A DNA stretch of 58,341 nucleotides from Thermoplasmatota archaeon. Its GTDB lineage: Archaea; Thermoplasmatota; Penumbrarchaeia; Penumbrarchaeales; Penumbrarchaeaceae. This document shows positions 19,666 through 27,910 of the stretch, piece after piece. The DNA lies in contig CBDDUX010000044.1 of NCBI GenBank assembly GCA_965234725.1, positions 1 to 58,341 on the forward strand, given 5' to 3'. The position numbers were made by a program, and so were the translations under genes. Every line of letters begins with the position of its first letter. Position 1 is the first letter of the stretch. The notes under the pieces are model-generated. The model made no database searches. It worked only from the letters and a program-made list of their open reading frames with translations, and was not told the DNA's origin.

Positions 19666-20199
19666 TCACTCATCCGATGGTAATAGATGCTTGAGTTCCG
19701 GATACTTCGATCTGTCCGGAGGAGGCTCTGATTCTCTTTTCTTGATCTCCTCCTTGGACGGCATTCCGTTGATGTAATCGGTAATGTCTTTGGTGATCTT
19801 CTTTGACCTCAACTTGAAGGCGTCGGAATGATATCTGAGGTGGAAGGTCGGGATCCCATCCTTGTCCACTCTTACCACCGATGCTTTCTCGGAGAATACT
19901 ATTCCCTTGTCCTTGTCCCACCGCTTGAATACCTTCTTCGGATCGTAGATCCTGACCTTGGTGAGTTGATCTCCGACCTCCATGAAACAGTAACCCAATG
20001 TGGGATCCTTGGGATCTATCGAGATGAGCATCAGGGTACCAGTGACCTCTTCGTGGTCCTTCAGTTCATGTACCACGATCTCGTCCTGAATATTCTCGTA
20101 GTTCTCGAAGAAGTCTGTATACTTCTTCTCAAGAAGTTTCCGTGATGAGATGTATATGTGGAGATCACCAACTCTGTCAAGCTTGTTGACATCTATCAT
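19666..20199 (-). CDS. Hypothetical protein, third gene of the integrase module
   Basis: 177-aa ORF starting 39 nt after the integrase stop, same strand, similar GC-rich codon usage. Confidence 0.75.
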   Translation of the reverse strand: MIDVNKLDRVGDLHIYISSRKLLEKKYTDFFENYENIQDEIVVHELKDHEEVTGTLMLISIDPKDPTLGYCFMEVGDQLTKVRIYDPKKVFKRWDKDKGIVFSEKASVVRVDKDGIPTFHLRYHSDAFKLRSKKITKDITDYINGMPSKEEIKKRESEPPPDRSKYPELKHLLPSDE

Positions 20200-20238
20200 G
20201 GATCGGGGATGGACTCGGAGTTACTTATCTTTTGGTCC

Positions 20239-21171
20239 CTAAAGATTGAACCGTGGGATATGCTGCAGATAGGAACGTTTCAGCTCCTCGGGTGTTATGT
20301 GATTATAGATGTCAATTGTCTCGGTCCTTGAGTCGCCTCTGAGTTCCTTGACATAATCTCGTGGCATCCCGGAGTTCAGCAGCTCCGTCGTGAAGAAGTG
20401 TCGGAAGCAGTGAGCCGTGTACCTTTTCTCAAGGTCCGATGAGTCAGGATCGTGCAGGCCTGCCTCTTCCGCATACCTCTTGAGTCTATTGTTCAGGATC
20501 ACATGGGACATCCTGTGCCCAACATCGGTGACAAACAGGGATATTTCTCCCTCATTAGCCGTCTCGTGCCTGATGCTCAGCCATCTTTCAAGGAGCCTCC
20601 TCGTTTCGAGATCGAAGTATACGTCCATGTTCTTGCGTTTCCCTGTTGCCTTAACGTTAATGGTCATCTCTTCCAGGGAAACATCCACGAGATCTATTGA
20701 AAGAAGCTCCTGTGCCCTCAGACCGGTCTTGGCAAGCAAGGTATACATCGCCTGGTCCTGAGGATCGAGGATCGATCCTATGAATATCCTCATCTTCGGA
20801 AGGTCTATTATCTGCCTCTTCTGCCCCCGGGCTCCCGTCCTGTAATTGTTGGAGATATATCTTCGCCTGAACTTTGGGATCGGAGATTTGACGACATAAT
20901 CCTCGTCCTCCAGATATTCATAGAATGAAGCCAGGTTGTTGATGTGCTTCCTGATGCTCTCAGAGGAAATCTCTCCGTTCCTTCCCTTTCTTTTCTTGAG
21001 ATCCTTCAGAAACTTCTTCAGGTCATGCTGATCGATATCCACGTATGACTTATCCTCTATGCTTTTCCTGAAGACATTCAAGGTATACCTGCATCCTTTG
21101 GTCGTCCATTTGCTCCATCCGCGAAGCTCCACATCGTCGAAGAAATCCTCCTCCAGAGAAATGTTATCCAA
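20239..21171 (-). CDS. Tyrosine recombinase/integrase (XerC/D-like, archaeal ELRGD subtype)
   Basis: TGLRAQE (Arg), KRK (Lys), HCFRH (HxxR), ELRGD in place of LGH, DIYNH (Tyr); N-terminal SAM-like domain. Confidence 0.95.
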   Translation of the reverse strand: MDNISLEEDFFDDVELRGWSKWTTKGCRYTLNVFRKSIEDKSYVDIDQHDLKKFLKDLKKRKGRNGEISSESIRKHINNLASFYEYLEDEDYVVKSPIPKFRRRYISNNYRTGARGQKRQIIDLPKMRIFIGSILDPQDQAMYTLLAKTGLRAQELLSIDLVDVSLEEMTINVKATGKRKNMDVYFDLETRRLLERWLSIRHETANEGEISLFVTDVGHRMSHVILNNRLKRYAEEAGLHDPDSSDLEKRYTAHCFRHFFTTELLNSGMPRDYVKELRGDSRTETIDIYNHITPEELKRSYLQHIPRFNL

Positions 21172-21685
21172 CCCACTTCCACCCCCTTTTGGAATATTTG
21201 ATCAGACCATAACCCTTCAGTGCTTCCAGCTGGTTCCTGATACCCTTGACCGCTTCGGTATCTGTAGGATCCACCCCGAGCTTGGATATGATATTGTGGT
21301 TTGGGATCGGATATTTTGCCTCCTTGAGTAACCCCGTAAGGTCCTTGTTGAACATCCTGTAACCGTCACCGGTCTCCCCGAAGGAGATATGCTGCGCTCT
21401 CTTCATGTCATGCTCCAGGATCTCGATATACCTTTCATGTCTTCTATTCTGGATCTTCAGAACCCGGTTTTCTTCCTCAAGAGCACTGATCTCTTTTGAC
21501 AGGGTCTCCTTTGCTTCAAGCTGTTTCATCAGATTTCCCATGACCCTTGCTTCGACCGTCTCGATGATGAACTTGGAAAGAGAGGTGTTTTTGCTCTTCG
21601 CATACTTCTTCCATCTCTCCTTCTGACCGAACGAATGAAGGTATACCTCGACCTTCCTTTTTTTAATTGTTTCGGTCTTTCCCAT
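21164..21685 (-). CDS. Ribbon-helix-helix/coiled-coil DNA-binding protein coupled to the integrase
   Basis: VEVYL...KERWKKYAKSKNTSLSKFIIETVE RHH-like pattern followed by a coiled coil; 8-nt overlap with the integrase start. Confidence 0.75.
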   Translation of the reverse strand: MGKTETIKKRKVEVYLHSFGQKERWKKYAKSKNTSLSKFIIETVEARVMGNLMKQLEAKETLSKEISALEEENRVLKIQNRRHERYIEILEHDMKRAQHISFGETGDGYRMFNKDLTGLLKEAKYPIPNHNIISKLGVDPTDTEAVKGIRNQLEALKGYGLIKYSKRGWKWVG

Positions 21686-21735
21686 GAACTCCGATAAACT
21701 TGCTGGCTAATAAAAATTTGCATGTAAAAAAATAG

Positions 21736-21807
21736 AGCCACTGGAGGGAGTTGAACCCTCGACCTACTCCTTACCAAGGAGTCGCTATACCTCTAAGCCA
21801 CAGTGGC
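21736..21807 (-). tRNA. tRNA-Thr (GGT)
   Basis: GCCACTG/CAGTGGC acceptor stem, anticodon arm ACTCC-TTGGTAA-GGAGT, T-arm GAGGG-TTCAACT-CCCTC; no encoded CCA; T-tract downstream. Confidence 0.97.
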
Positions 21808-21835
21808 ATCGGATTAGGATGGGTTATCGAGGTTT

Positions 21836-21845
21836 ATTATTAAAA
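21836..21845 (-). promoter_or_regulatory. Probable TATA box of tRNA-Thr
   Basis: TTTTAATAAT about 30 nt upstream of the tRNA 5' end. Confidence 0.45.
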
Positions 21846-21870
21846 GCTTGTGAGATAAGGTCCTGAAACA

Positions 21871-23175
21871 TCAGAAGGGATTGACAATGCTTCCAGAGAA
21901 GATTACATTCACTACCTGTAAAAAACCGACAAGACCGAAGAATCCTATAAGTCCAAAAAGGACCGATAATGGCAAGCCAGGCATCACATTCTCCTTATCA
22001 AGATAGCTGAGTGTCTTCTTCAATCCCAAGATCACAAGGGCGCTAACAATAGCTGTTGCAAGAATGGCGACCATCTCACCCCACCCAGGCATGTAATAAT
22101 CCATCCATGGGACCTTGAGCATCATCCATTTGAATGTTGCAGAAACCAGAACTGAAAAGAAGATGAAGTCCCCGATTCCCAGTGAGTAGTATTTCCCCTC
22201 ATACAATCCATATGAGGTGATATCCTCGCCTGCCTGGACATCGAATATCTTTTTTCTGGTCGGACCGGTTTCCCTGTTATTATCACGGGATCCGGTCACA
22301 TGTGGGGGTGCCCCGTTTTGGATATTTGTATCATAATACGCAGATACTGCTTCTCTCTTCCTCTGGTTTTTCATAGCGATTTTCCTGCTATTTTTAACCT
22401 CATCCCGTTCTTTATCCGATTCGGTGATCATTTCTTTGATTATCCCCTTCTTAGCTGCCCAGAGGTCCCATAATGCGACTCCGGATATCAATGGTATCAC
22501 TGCCCAAACGGGTAATACGATGGCCAGGAATGCTCCCAGAAGTATACAGAAAGCCACAAGGGAGGGGTTTTTCCTCTTGGGTTCGAGTGATCTGAAGACC
22601 ATATTGTACACGATAATTATACCCAAGGCGAGACCGATCATTGTAATTGTCGAATAGAAAAAAACATCAGTATCCAGGTTGATGCCAAGAGCCCCATCCA
22701 GGAAGTCCCTGAACAGATAAAGGTAGAGCATAATAGAAACAGATGCACAGAGTCCAAGGGCCCCTGTAAAGAAAATTTTCAGAGTAAACTTTCTCCGTTT
22801 TATGAAAAGCTTATAGATCCCGAAAGCGGCAGCGATCGCAATGGCAACCATTATCAGGGCATTGACCAAACCTGATAGTATGGACCTTTTCGGTGAATCC
22901 TGCTCCAATGTAGACACATTTCCACTTGAGTCAGTGACATTAACTTTTTCCTTCGAATCGGAGATGGTGTTATCTAATACACTATCAGGGATGATACTCA
23001 CCGTTGTGGACGTATCTTCTGTGAAACCTTTGAAGATCCCGGTGTTGTCTACCACTTCTTCCGATAATTCCCTTGATCTGTCAAAGTCTTTCCATTGAGA
23101 GATATATACAAGAGGAACTGATAGCACAAGGACAAGGAGGACGGGCAGATACATTGTCCAGCGTCTTTCGACCAT
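21871..23175 (-). CDS. Presenilin/signal-peptide-peptidase family GxGD intramembrane aspartyl protease
   Basis: Multi-TM; ALWDLWAA (YD-equivalent), LGIGDFIFFS (GxGD), MPGLP (PAL-equivalent). Confidence 0.88.
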   Translation of the reverse strand: MVERRWTMYLPVLLVLVLSVPLVYISQWKDFDRSRELSEEVVDNTGIFKGFTEDTSTTVSIIPDSVLDNTISDSKEKVNVTDSSGNVSTLEQDSPKRSILSGLVNALIMVAIAIAAAFGIYKLFIKRRKFTLKIFFTGALGLCASVSIMLYLYLFRDFLDGALGINLDTDVFFYSTITMIGLALGIIIVYNMVFRSLEPKRKNPSLVAFCILLGAFLAIVLPVWAVIPLISGVALWDLWAAKKGIIKEMITESDKERDEVKNSRKIAMKNQRKREAVSAYYDTNIQNGAPPHVTGSRDNNRETGPTRKKIFDVQAGEDITSYGLYEGKYYSLGIGDFIFFSVLVSATFKWMMLKVPWMDYYMPGWGEMVAILATAIVSALVILGLKKTLSYLDKENVMPGLPLSVLFGLIGFFGLVGFLQVVNVIFSGSIVNPF

Positions 23176-23248
23176 CAGGTTTGGAGGGTGTGGGTCTTTA
23201 ATCTATTTTTTGGAACAGCTCTCATCAGATCTGTGGTAAAGTAGAAAT

Positions 23249-23953
23249 ATGGCTATCTATCATGGGCCGAAGATGGACGACAGGGTGTTCATGCTCATAG
23301 GTTTCGTTGTTGGTCTTGCACCAACATTTGGACTCCTTTGGGCTGTCATGTCCAAATATGAATCCAAGATAGCAGAGCGAGATACGAATGCATCCTTTAT
23401 CATTGGGATATTTGCCGGTCTTCTTGTCATCGTTGGACACCTGCTTTTCATAGTATATTACTCATATTCTTCCATTGGTCTTGTTTCCGCCTTCGGTCTG
23501 GCCCTTGCTGAATGCCTTCTTTATTACATATATATCAACAGAAGAAAGCTGAAGATGAGATCCGACAAATCCTTTCTTGGCCTGGGTTTTTCGCTTGGAG
23601 CAGCTTCCATGTACATTGCATTCCTGATGGGTCAACTGTTCCTAAATATAGATTTTAACTGGGCCCACATCCTCGGGATGGTCATCTATGCTCTAGGGGC
23701 CTCAACTATACGGGGATCGATGGGAATACTGATGGCAAGAGTAAAAGATAGAAAGGGTCTTTTCAAGAATCTCTTGATCGGAACCTCGATATTGGGTTTT
23801 TTCAATGTGGCAACGATAGTCTACCTCAATCCAATTGAACCATTCTTCTGGGTATTCTCCCTACCTTGTGTTCTAATGGGTCTTGTATCGTTCTACTATT
23901 TTCTGGGAGATATCGACCGGGTCAAAAAATGGAGAGAAGGTATCAGCCAATAA
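23249..23953 (+). CDS. Multi-pass membrane protein of unknown function
   Basis: 234 aa, about 7 hydrophobic helices. Confidence 0.7.
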   Translation: MAIYHGPKMDDRVFMLIGFVVGLAPTFGLLWAVMSKYESKIAERDTNASFIIGIFAGLLVIVGHLLFIVYYSYSSIGLVSAFGLALAECLLYYIYINRRKLKMRSDKSFLGLGFSLGAASMYIAFLMGQLFLNIDFNWAHILGMVIYALGASTIRGSMGILMARVKDRKGLFKNLLIGTSILGFFNVATIVYLNPIEPFFWVFSLPCVLMGLVSFYYFLGDIDRVKKWREGISQ

Positions 23954-25016
23954 CCCCTGTCTTTTCAGCGATCTTTCTGGCTGCCCTTTCCTCGAGTCCA
24001 TTTCCCAGGATCGTATACCTGTTTGGCCTTATCCGATGGGCTTGAAGCAAGGCTTCGATCACCTCATCTTCCGATACACCCAGCCCCTTTGAATCTACTG
24101 GAGCCCCTATCTTAAAAAGAGCATCCCTGATCCCTTTCCAATCTCCACCATGTAGGTACATCATCATTATAGTCCCCACACCGGTCTCTTCTCCATGAAG
24201 GGCTGGTGTTCTTGCAACTGAGTCAAGAGCATGGGCGAACATATGTTCCGAACCTGAAGCAGGTCTGGAGGATCCGGCAATGGACATTGCAACAGATGAG
24301 CTGACAAGGGCCTTAAGGACTATTTTGACAGGTTCATCAAGACGCGGTTTGATATCATTTGCCCTCTGGAGGACAAGTTGCGCTGTCATCTCTGAAAGTG
24401 CTGCTGAATACTCAGAGAATGGTTCCCCTTTCAATCTGGCTGCAAGTTTCCAGTCAAGGACTGCGGTACAATTCGAAATAATATCCGCGCATCCGGATGC
24501 CAGGAGTCTATAGGGCGCCCTCGCGATCACATCTATATCCGCGACAACCCCAAGAGGAGCTTTGGCCATTATGGATTTCTTTCTTCCATCCAGCTCTATT
24601 GAGGCCCTCGATGAGGCGATGCCATCATGAGATGCGGCAGTTGGGACAGAAATGAATTCCAGATCGTCAATGAAAGCAACATATTTTGCCACATCAATGG
24701 GTCTTCCACCCCCAACTCCAAGAAGGAAATTATCCTTATGTTCCTTCATAAATTCTCGTACTATCATGGCAGAACTATCGGTCGCACCTTCGATCTCTAT
24801 CATCTCGGAATCGAATCCTTTGTCGGATAGGGAGTCCGCAACCATTTCACCTGCGATCTTCCTTGTGGTCGGATCGCAGACGATCAGCCCAGTACCTTGA
24901 AGGTGGAATCTTTGGCATACTCCGCCTACTTCCCCCAGTGCCCCCTTCTTTACTAGGATCCCTCTTGGAAGTTCCATGAAGGGGAAGGTCTCAAAATCCT
25001 CATTTTCGGGGCGCAT
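23943..25016 (-). CDS. egsA: sn-glycerol-1-phosphate dehydrogenase
   Basis: GVGGGRPIDVAK, SVPTAASHDGIAS, SSRPASGSEH, LHGE, RYTILG. Confidence 0.96.
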   Translation of the reverse strand: MRPENEDFETFPFMELPRGILVKKGALGEVGGVCQRFHLQGTGLIVCDPTTRKIAGEMVADSLSDKGFDSEMIEIEGATDSSAMIVREFMKEHKDNFLLGVGGGRPIDVAKYVAFIDDLEFISVPTAASHDGIASSRASIELDGRKKSIMAKAPLGVVADIDVIARAPYRLLASGCADIISNCTAVLDWKLAARLKGEPFSEYSAALSEMTAQLVLQRANDIKPRLDEPVKIVLKALVSSSVAMSIAGSSRPASGSEHMFAHALDSVARTPALHGEETGVGTIMMMYLHGGDWKGIRDALFKIGAPVDSKGLGVSEDEVIEALLQAHRIRPNRYTILGNGLEERAARKIAEKTGVIG

Positions 25017-25088
25017 ATTTTCAACATAACATTAGCCTTGTATATGAAACCTTTATATTGATAAGATTGGATTGGGCATTGATACCAG

Positions 25089-25922
25089 ATGATACCTGTC
25101 GCTGACCTGCTCTTCGAGGAAGGGAAGGCCTACGATCTTTCCATTGTCGTTTCCGACGATGCGGATTTTATATCTTCCTTGATGAATAATATCACAACGG
25201 ATAAGACCATTGTACTTAACTCTGGGAAGCAGGATGTAAATGTTAGAGAGGGCGTCATTTATTACACTTATAACCGTAACCTGGAGAACTCGATCTATTT
25301 CATGAACTTCATCGAAAGGCTGGTATTCCGGATATTCTTAGGGGGCTATATCAAATCAAATATGGAGGTTCTTCTGATATCCGATTATCCCTTCAAGTTC
25401 CTCCTAGAATTCAACTCATCAGCCATGCCTTTCTATAGGGTCATGGAAGAACTCTCGGATGTGGTGGACAGGGAGGTTATGGAAAGCCTTCTTAAGATCC
25501 TTTTCGAGATCCATCTTGAGGGGCGAGAAGGAAAGAGGGTGGGCACTCTCTTCATTGTAGGGGATACCGAAAAGGTGCTTCAAAGCTCAAAACAGTTAGT
25601 GATAAATCCATATCATAATCAGGAAGAAGGTATCCGTACCCTCCTGAACAAGGAGAATTGGGAGTCCTTGAAGGAGTTCGCACAGCTGGATGGAGCATTT
25701 ATCATTGATACAAGAGGCAGGATCATCTCTGCTGGAAGATATATCATAGTAGATCCTGAAGTCCAGACAACTGGAGGACTTGGGGGAAGACATCTTGCAG
25801 CTGCCTCCATTACCTATGCAACGGAGGCTGTTTCTTTCGCTCTTTCATCATCCGGAACCGTCAGAATATTCAGAAATGGCAAGGTGGTCTTGAAGGAAGA
25901 CCTCAATACATCGGAGGGATAA
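25089..25922 (+). CDS. dacZ: Diadenylate cyclase (archaeal DacZ type)
   Basis: EGREGKRVGTLFIVGD, KEFAQLDGAFII (DGA), GLGGRHLAAASIT. Confidence 0.9.
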   Translation: MIPVADLLFEEGKAYDLSIVVSDDADFISSLMNNITTDKTIVLNSGKQDVNVREGVIYYTYNRNLENSIYFMNFIERLVFRIFLGGYIKSNMEVLLISDYPFKFLLEFNSSAMPFYRVMEELSDVVDREVMESLLKILFEIHLEGREGKRVGTLFIVGDTEKVLQSSKQLVINPYHNQEEGIRTLLNKENWESLKEFAQLDGAFIIDTRGRIISAGRYIIVDPEVQTTGGLGGRHLAAASITYATEAVSFALSSSGTVRIFRNGKVVLKEDLNTSEG

Positions 25923-25925
25923 TCG

Positions 25926-27215
25926 ACGGCAGGTCTCTTCGGTTTCACTCCAATCGATGACACACTTATTGCACTACTTTTTCTCCTTTTTTTAAGTAGA
26001 GCGCTTGGACTAGTTGTTAGAAGACTGAAAGTCTCTCCAATTGCAGGCGAGGTTGTAGGCGGTGTCCTGCTCTCTCCTCTTTTCTTCAACCTGCTTGAGG
26101 AAGGGGCCACCCTGATCACATTCTCGGAGTTTGCAATAATCGTGATAATGTTCCATTCAGGTCTGTATACTGATTTCTCATCATTCAAGGAACACAAATG
26201 GACTGCCATCGTTATCGGTACTGCTGGGGTCATTGTATCATTTCTCATGATATTCGCCCTTTCAGCCTTTGTTTTCGGTCTATCTCTTGAGACCTCCTTA
26301 TTCTTGGGAGCGATCCTTTCAAACTCCGCGATCGAGGTATCATCAGCAATGCTGGCCCGGACCAGATATGACAAACTGAGGACAATTGTCGTAGGGGCCA
26401 GTTTTATCGATGATATACTGGCCGTTTTCATTCTCGGTGTAGTGCTTTCCTTTGTATCAAGAACCCCAGATGTCCTTATCCCGCTGGTTGGTGAGCTTCA
26501 GGGCAATACAGCTACCATTGTCAACTTTGTGGTCACATCCATTAAGGTGATAGCATTCCTCCTGATCACCTTCTTCGTTCTATCCAAGCTCTCTCATAAG
26601 ATCCTTGATAAGTTCTCAAAAATGGGATTCGAGGTCCTTCTTTCTATAGGTTTCCTCTTTGCACTGGGTCTTGGAATAATATCTCGTTGGATGGGACTCC
26701 ATGAGGTGATAGGTGTTTACCTGGCAGGTCTGATCCTATCAAAGTGGGGGATCCTTCCAGATCCCATGTTGAGCAGAGGTATAAACTGGATGAAGTTCAA
26801 GGAGACCTTTACGTTGATGATGGATGCACTCTTCTCTCCAATATTCTTTGGAGTTGTTGGGATACTTTTAGGATCGAGCCTTGTTGCGGAAGGGGGAAAT
26901 TCCATACTTTATATTTTCATGGGTGTCCTGATATTCTCCTTCTTTGCCTTCATGGGAAAGATAGTCGGATGCGGGATAGGTGCTAGGATCAAAGGGATCG
27001 GTCCTTCGGGTGCTCTTCTGATCGGAGCAGCAATGGGGGGAAGAGGAGCTCTGGAGTTCATTCTGATCAAATCAGGTTTGAAGGAGGGACTACTTTCTCC
27101 CGATGAGTTCTCCATTGTGATCATCGTAACTCTGATCACGATCCTGCTTACTCCATTCATGTATCGCTTCATTGAGAAATGGAAGAGGGACGATCCTTCA
27201 CTCAAGGACCTCTGA
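25926..27215 (+). CDS. Cation/H+ antiporter (CPA2/Kef/NapA-like); start codon atypical
   Basis: In-frame TM1-TM2 (RRLKVSPIAGEVVGGVLLSP) upstream of the ORF-track start 26142; ASFIDDIL, PIFFGVVG, MGGRGALE. The only plausible start after GGAGG is ACG 25926. Confidence 0.85.
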   Translation, partial: TAGLFGFTPIDDTLIALLFLLFLSRALGLVVRRLKVSPIAGEVVGGVLLSPLFFNLLEEGATLITFSEFAIIVIMFHSGLYTDFSSFKEHKWTAIVIGTAGVIVSFLMIFALSAFVFGLSLETSLFLGAILSNSAIEVSSAMLARTRYDKLRTIVVGASFIDDILAVFILGVVLSFVSRTPDVLIPLVGELQGNTATIVNFVVTSIKVIAFLLITFFVLSKLSHKILDKFSKMGFEVLLSIGFLFALGLGIISRWMGLHEVIGVYLAGLILSKWGILPDPMLSRGINWMKFKETFTLMMDALFSPIFFGVVGILLGSSLVAEGGNSILYIFMGVLIFSFFAFMGKIVGCGIGARIKGIGPSGALLIGAAMGGRGALEFILIKSGLKEGLLSPDEFSIVIIVTLITILLTPFMYRFIEKWKRDDPSLKDL

Positions 27216-27217
27216 AC

Positions 27218-27802
27218 TCATTTTTTCTTTGCTCGAGGGAATTTCTTCAATTGGGTTATCCGGCTTTCAGGAGCTTGATCCCTTTTCAAGGTTGAACCAC
27301 TTATGTTTCTGACATCCTCGATAGTGTAAAATGCTTTAGGATTGAACTTCTTTACCATCTTGATGACTTCTGCGACCTCTTTTCTCTTCATGGGCATGTA
27401 GATGACGTTTACCAAACCCCAATCACTCTTTGCATCTATTATCGTGAATTTCCTTTCACTGTGAATGAGCCATTCCTTCAGGTCATGTGCTGATCTCCTT
27501 GTTATGATCCTCACAAGGACAAATCCCAATGAGATCTTATTCTCTATTGTGATCCCTACATAATTCCCTATGGCAAATCCCAGGCCGTATGCGATATAGT
27601 TCATCGCATTTCCGAGATTTTGCATGATCTGTCCTATGGCAAGTAGCCAGATGATGACCTCGAAGAACCCCATCACAGGTGCCAGATATTTTAGCCCTTT
27701 TGAAATGAATATTATCCTTAGTGTTCCAATTGTAACATCTACTATCCTGGCAAGGCATATGAGAATTGGAATTATTATAAATGAGAATATTTCCAGGTCC
27801 AT
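27218..27802 (-). CDS. UPF0316/DUF2179 family membrane protein
   Basis: ARIVDVTIGTLRIIF...GFFEVIIWL...YGLGFAIGNYVGI...PKAFYTIEDVR. Confidence 0.88.
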   Translation of the reverse strand: MDLEIFSFIIIPILICLARIVDVTIGTLRIIFISKGLKYLAPVMGFFEVIIWLLAIGQIMQNLGNAMNYIAYGLGFAIGNYVGITIENKISLGFVLVRIITRRSAHDLKEWLIHSERKFTIIDAKSDWGLVNVIYMPMKRKEVAEVIKMVKKFNPKAFYTIEDVRNISGSTLKRDQAPESRITQLKKFPRAKKK

Positions 27803-27859
27803 GCCGATTCAACCTTCTTTCTAATTAATGTAAAAAGGCTAAATTATATAATGATTTTT

Positions 27860-27892
27860 AAAAAAGAAAAAATGGGGCGGGTCAACCGCCCC
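27860..27892 (-). terminator. Hairpin plus T-tract terminator
   Basis: GGGGCGG-gtcaa-CCGCCCC (27874-27892), followed on the minus strand by a T-rich tract, 18 nt after the stop of the 1049-aa gene. Confidence 0.65.
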
Positions 27893-27910
27893 GGTCCTTT
27901 AATCATCCCC

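Larger units (their letters stand above)
1..21735. mobile_element. tRNA-Thr-anchored genomic island; left boundary not identified, possibly outside the window
   Basis: Integrase module directly downstream of the tRNA 3' end; AT-rich spacers, repeats and accessory genes contrast with the tightly packed housekeeping block to the right. Confidence 0.65.

Noticed and set aside
21529-21777. 82-aa ORF overlapping the tRNA
   Set aside because: It runs through tRNA-Thr and out of frame over the RHH gene; spurious.
25814-26431. 205-aa minus-strand ORF across the dacZ/antiporter junction
   Set aside because: Antisense to two well-supported genes; the plus frame carries the conserved antiporter helices.
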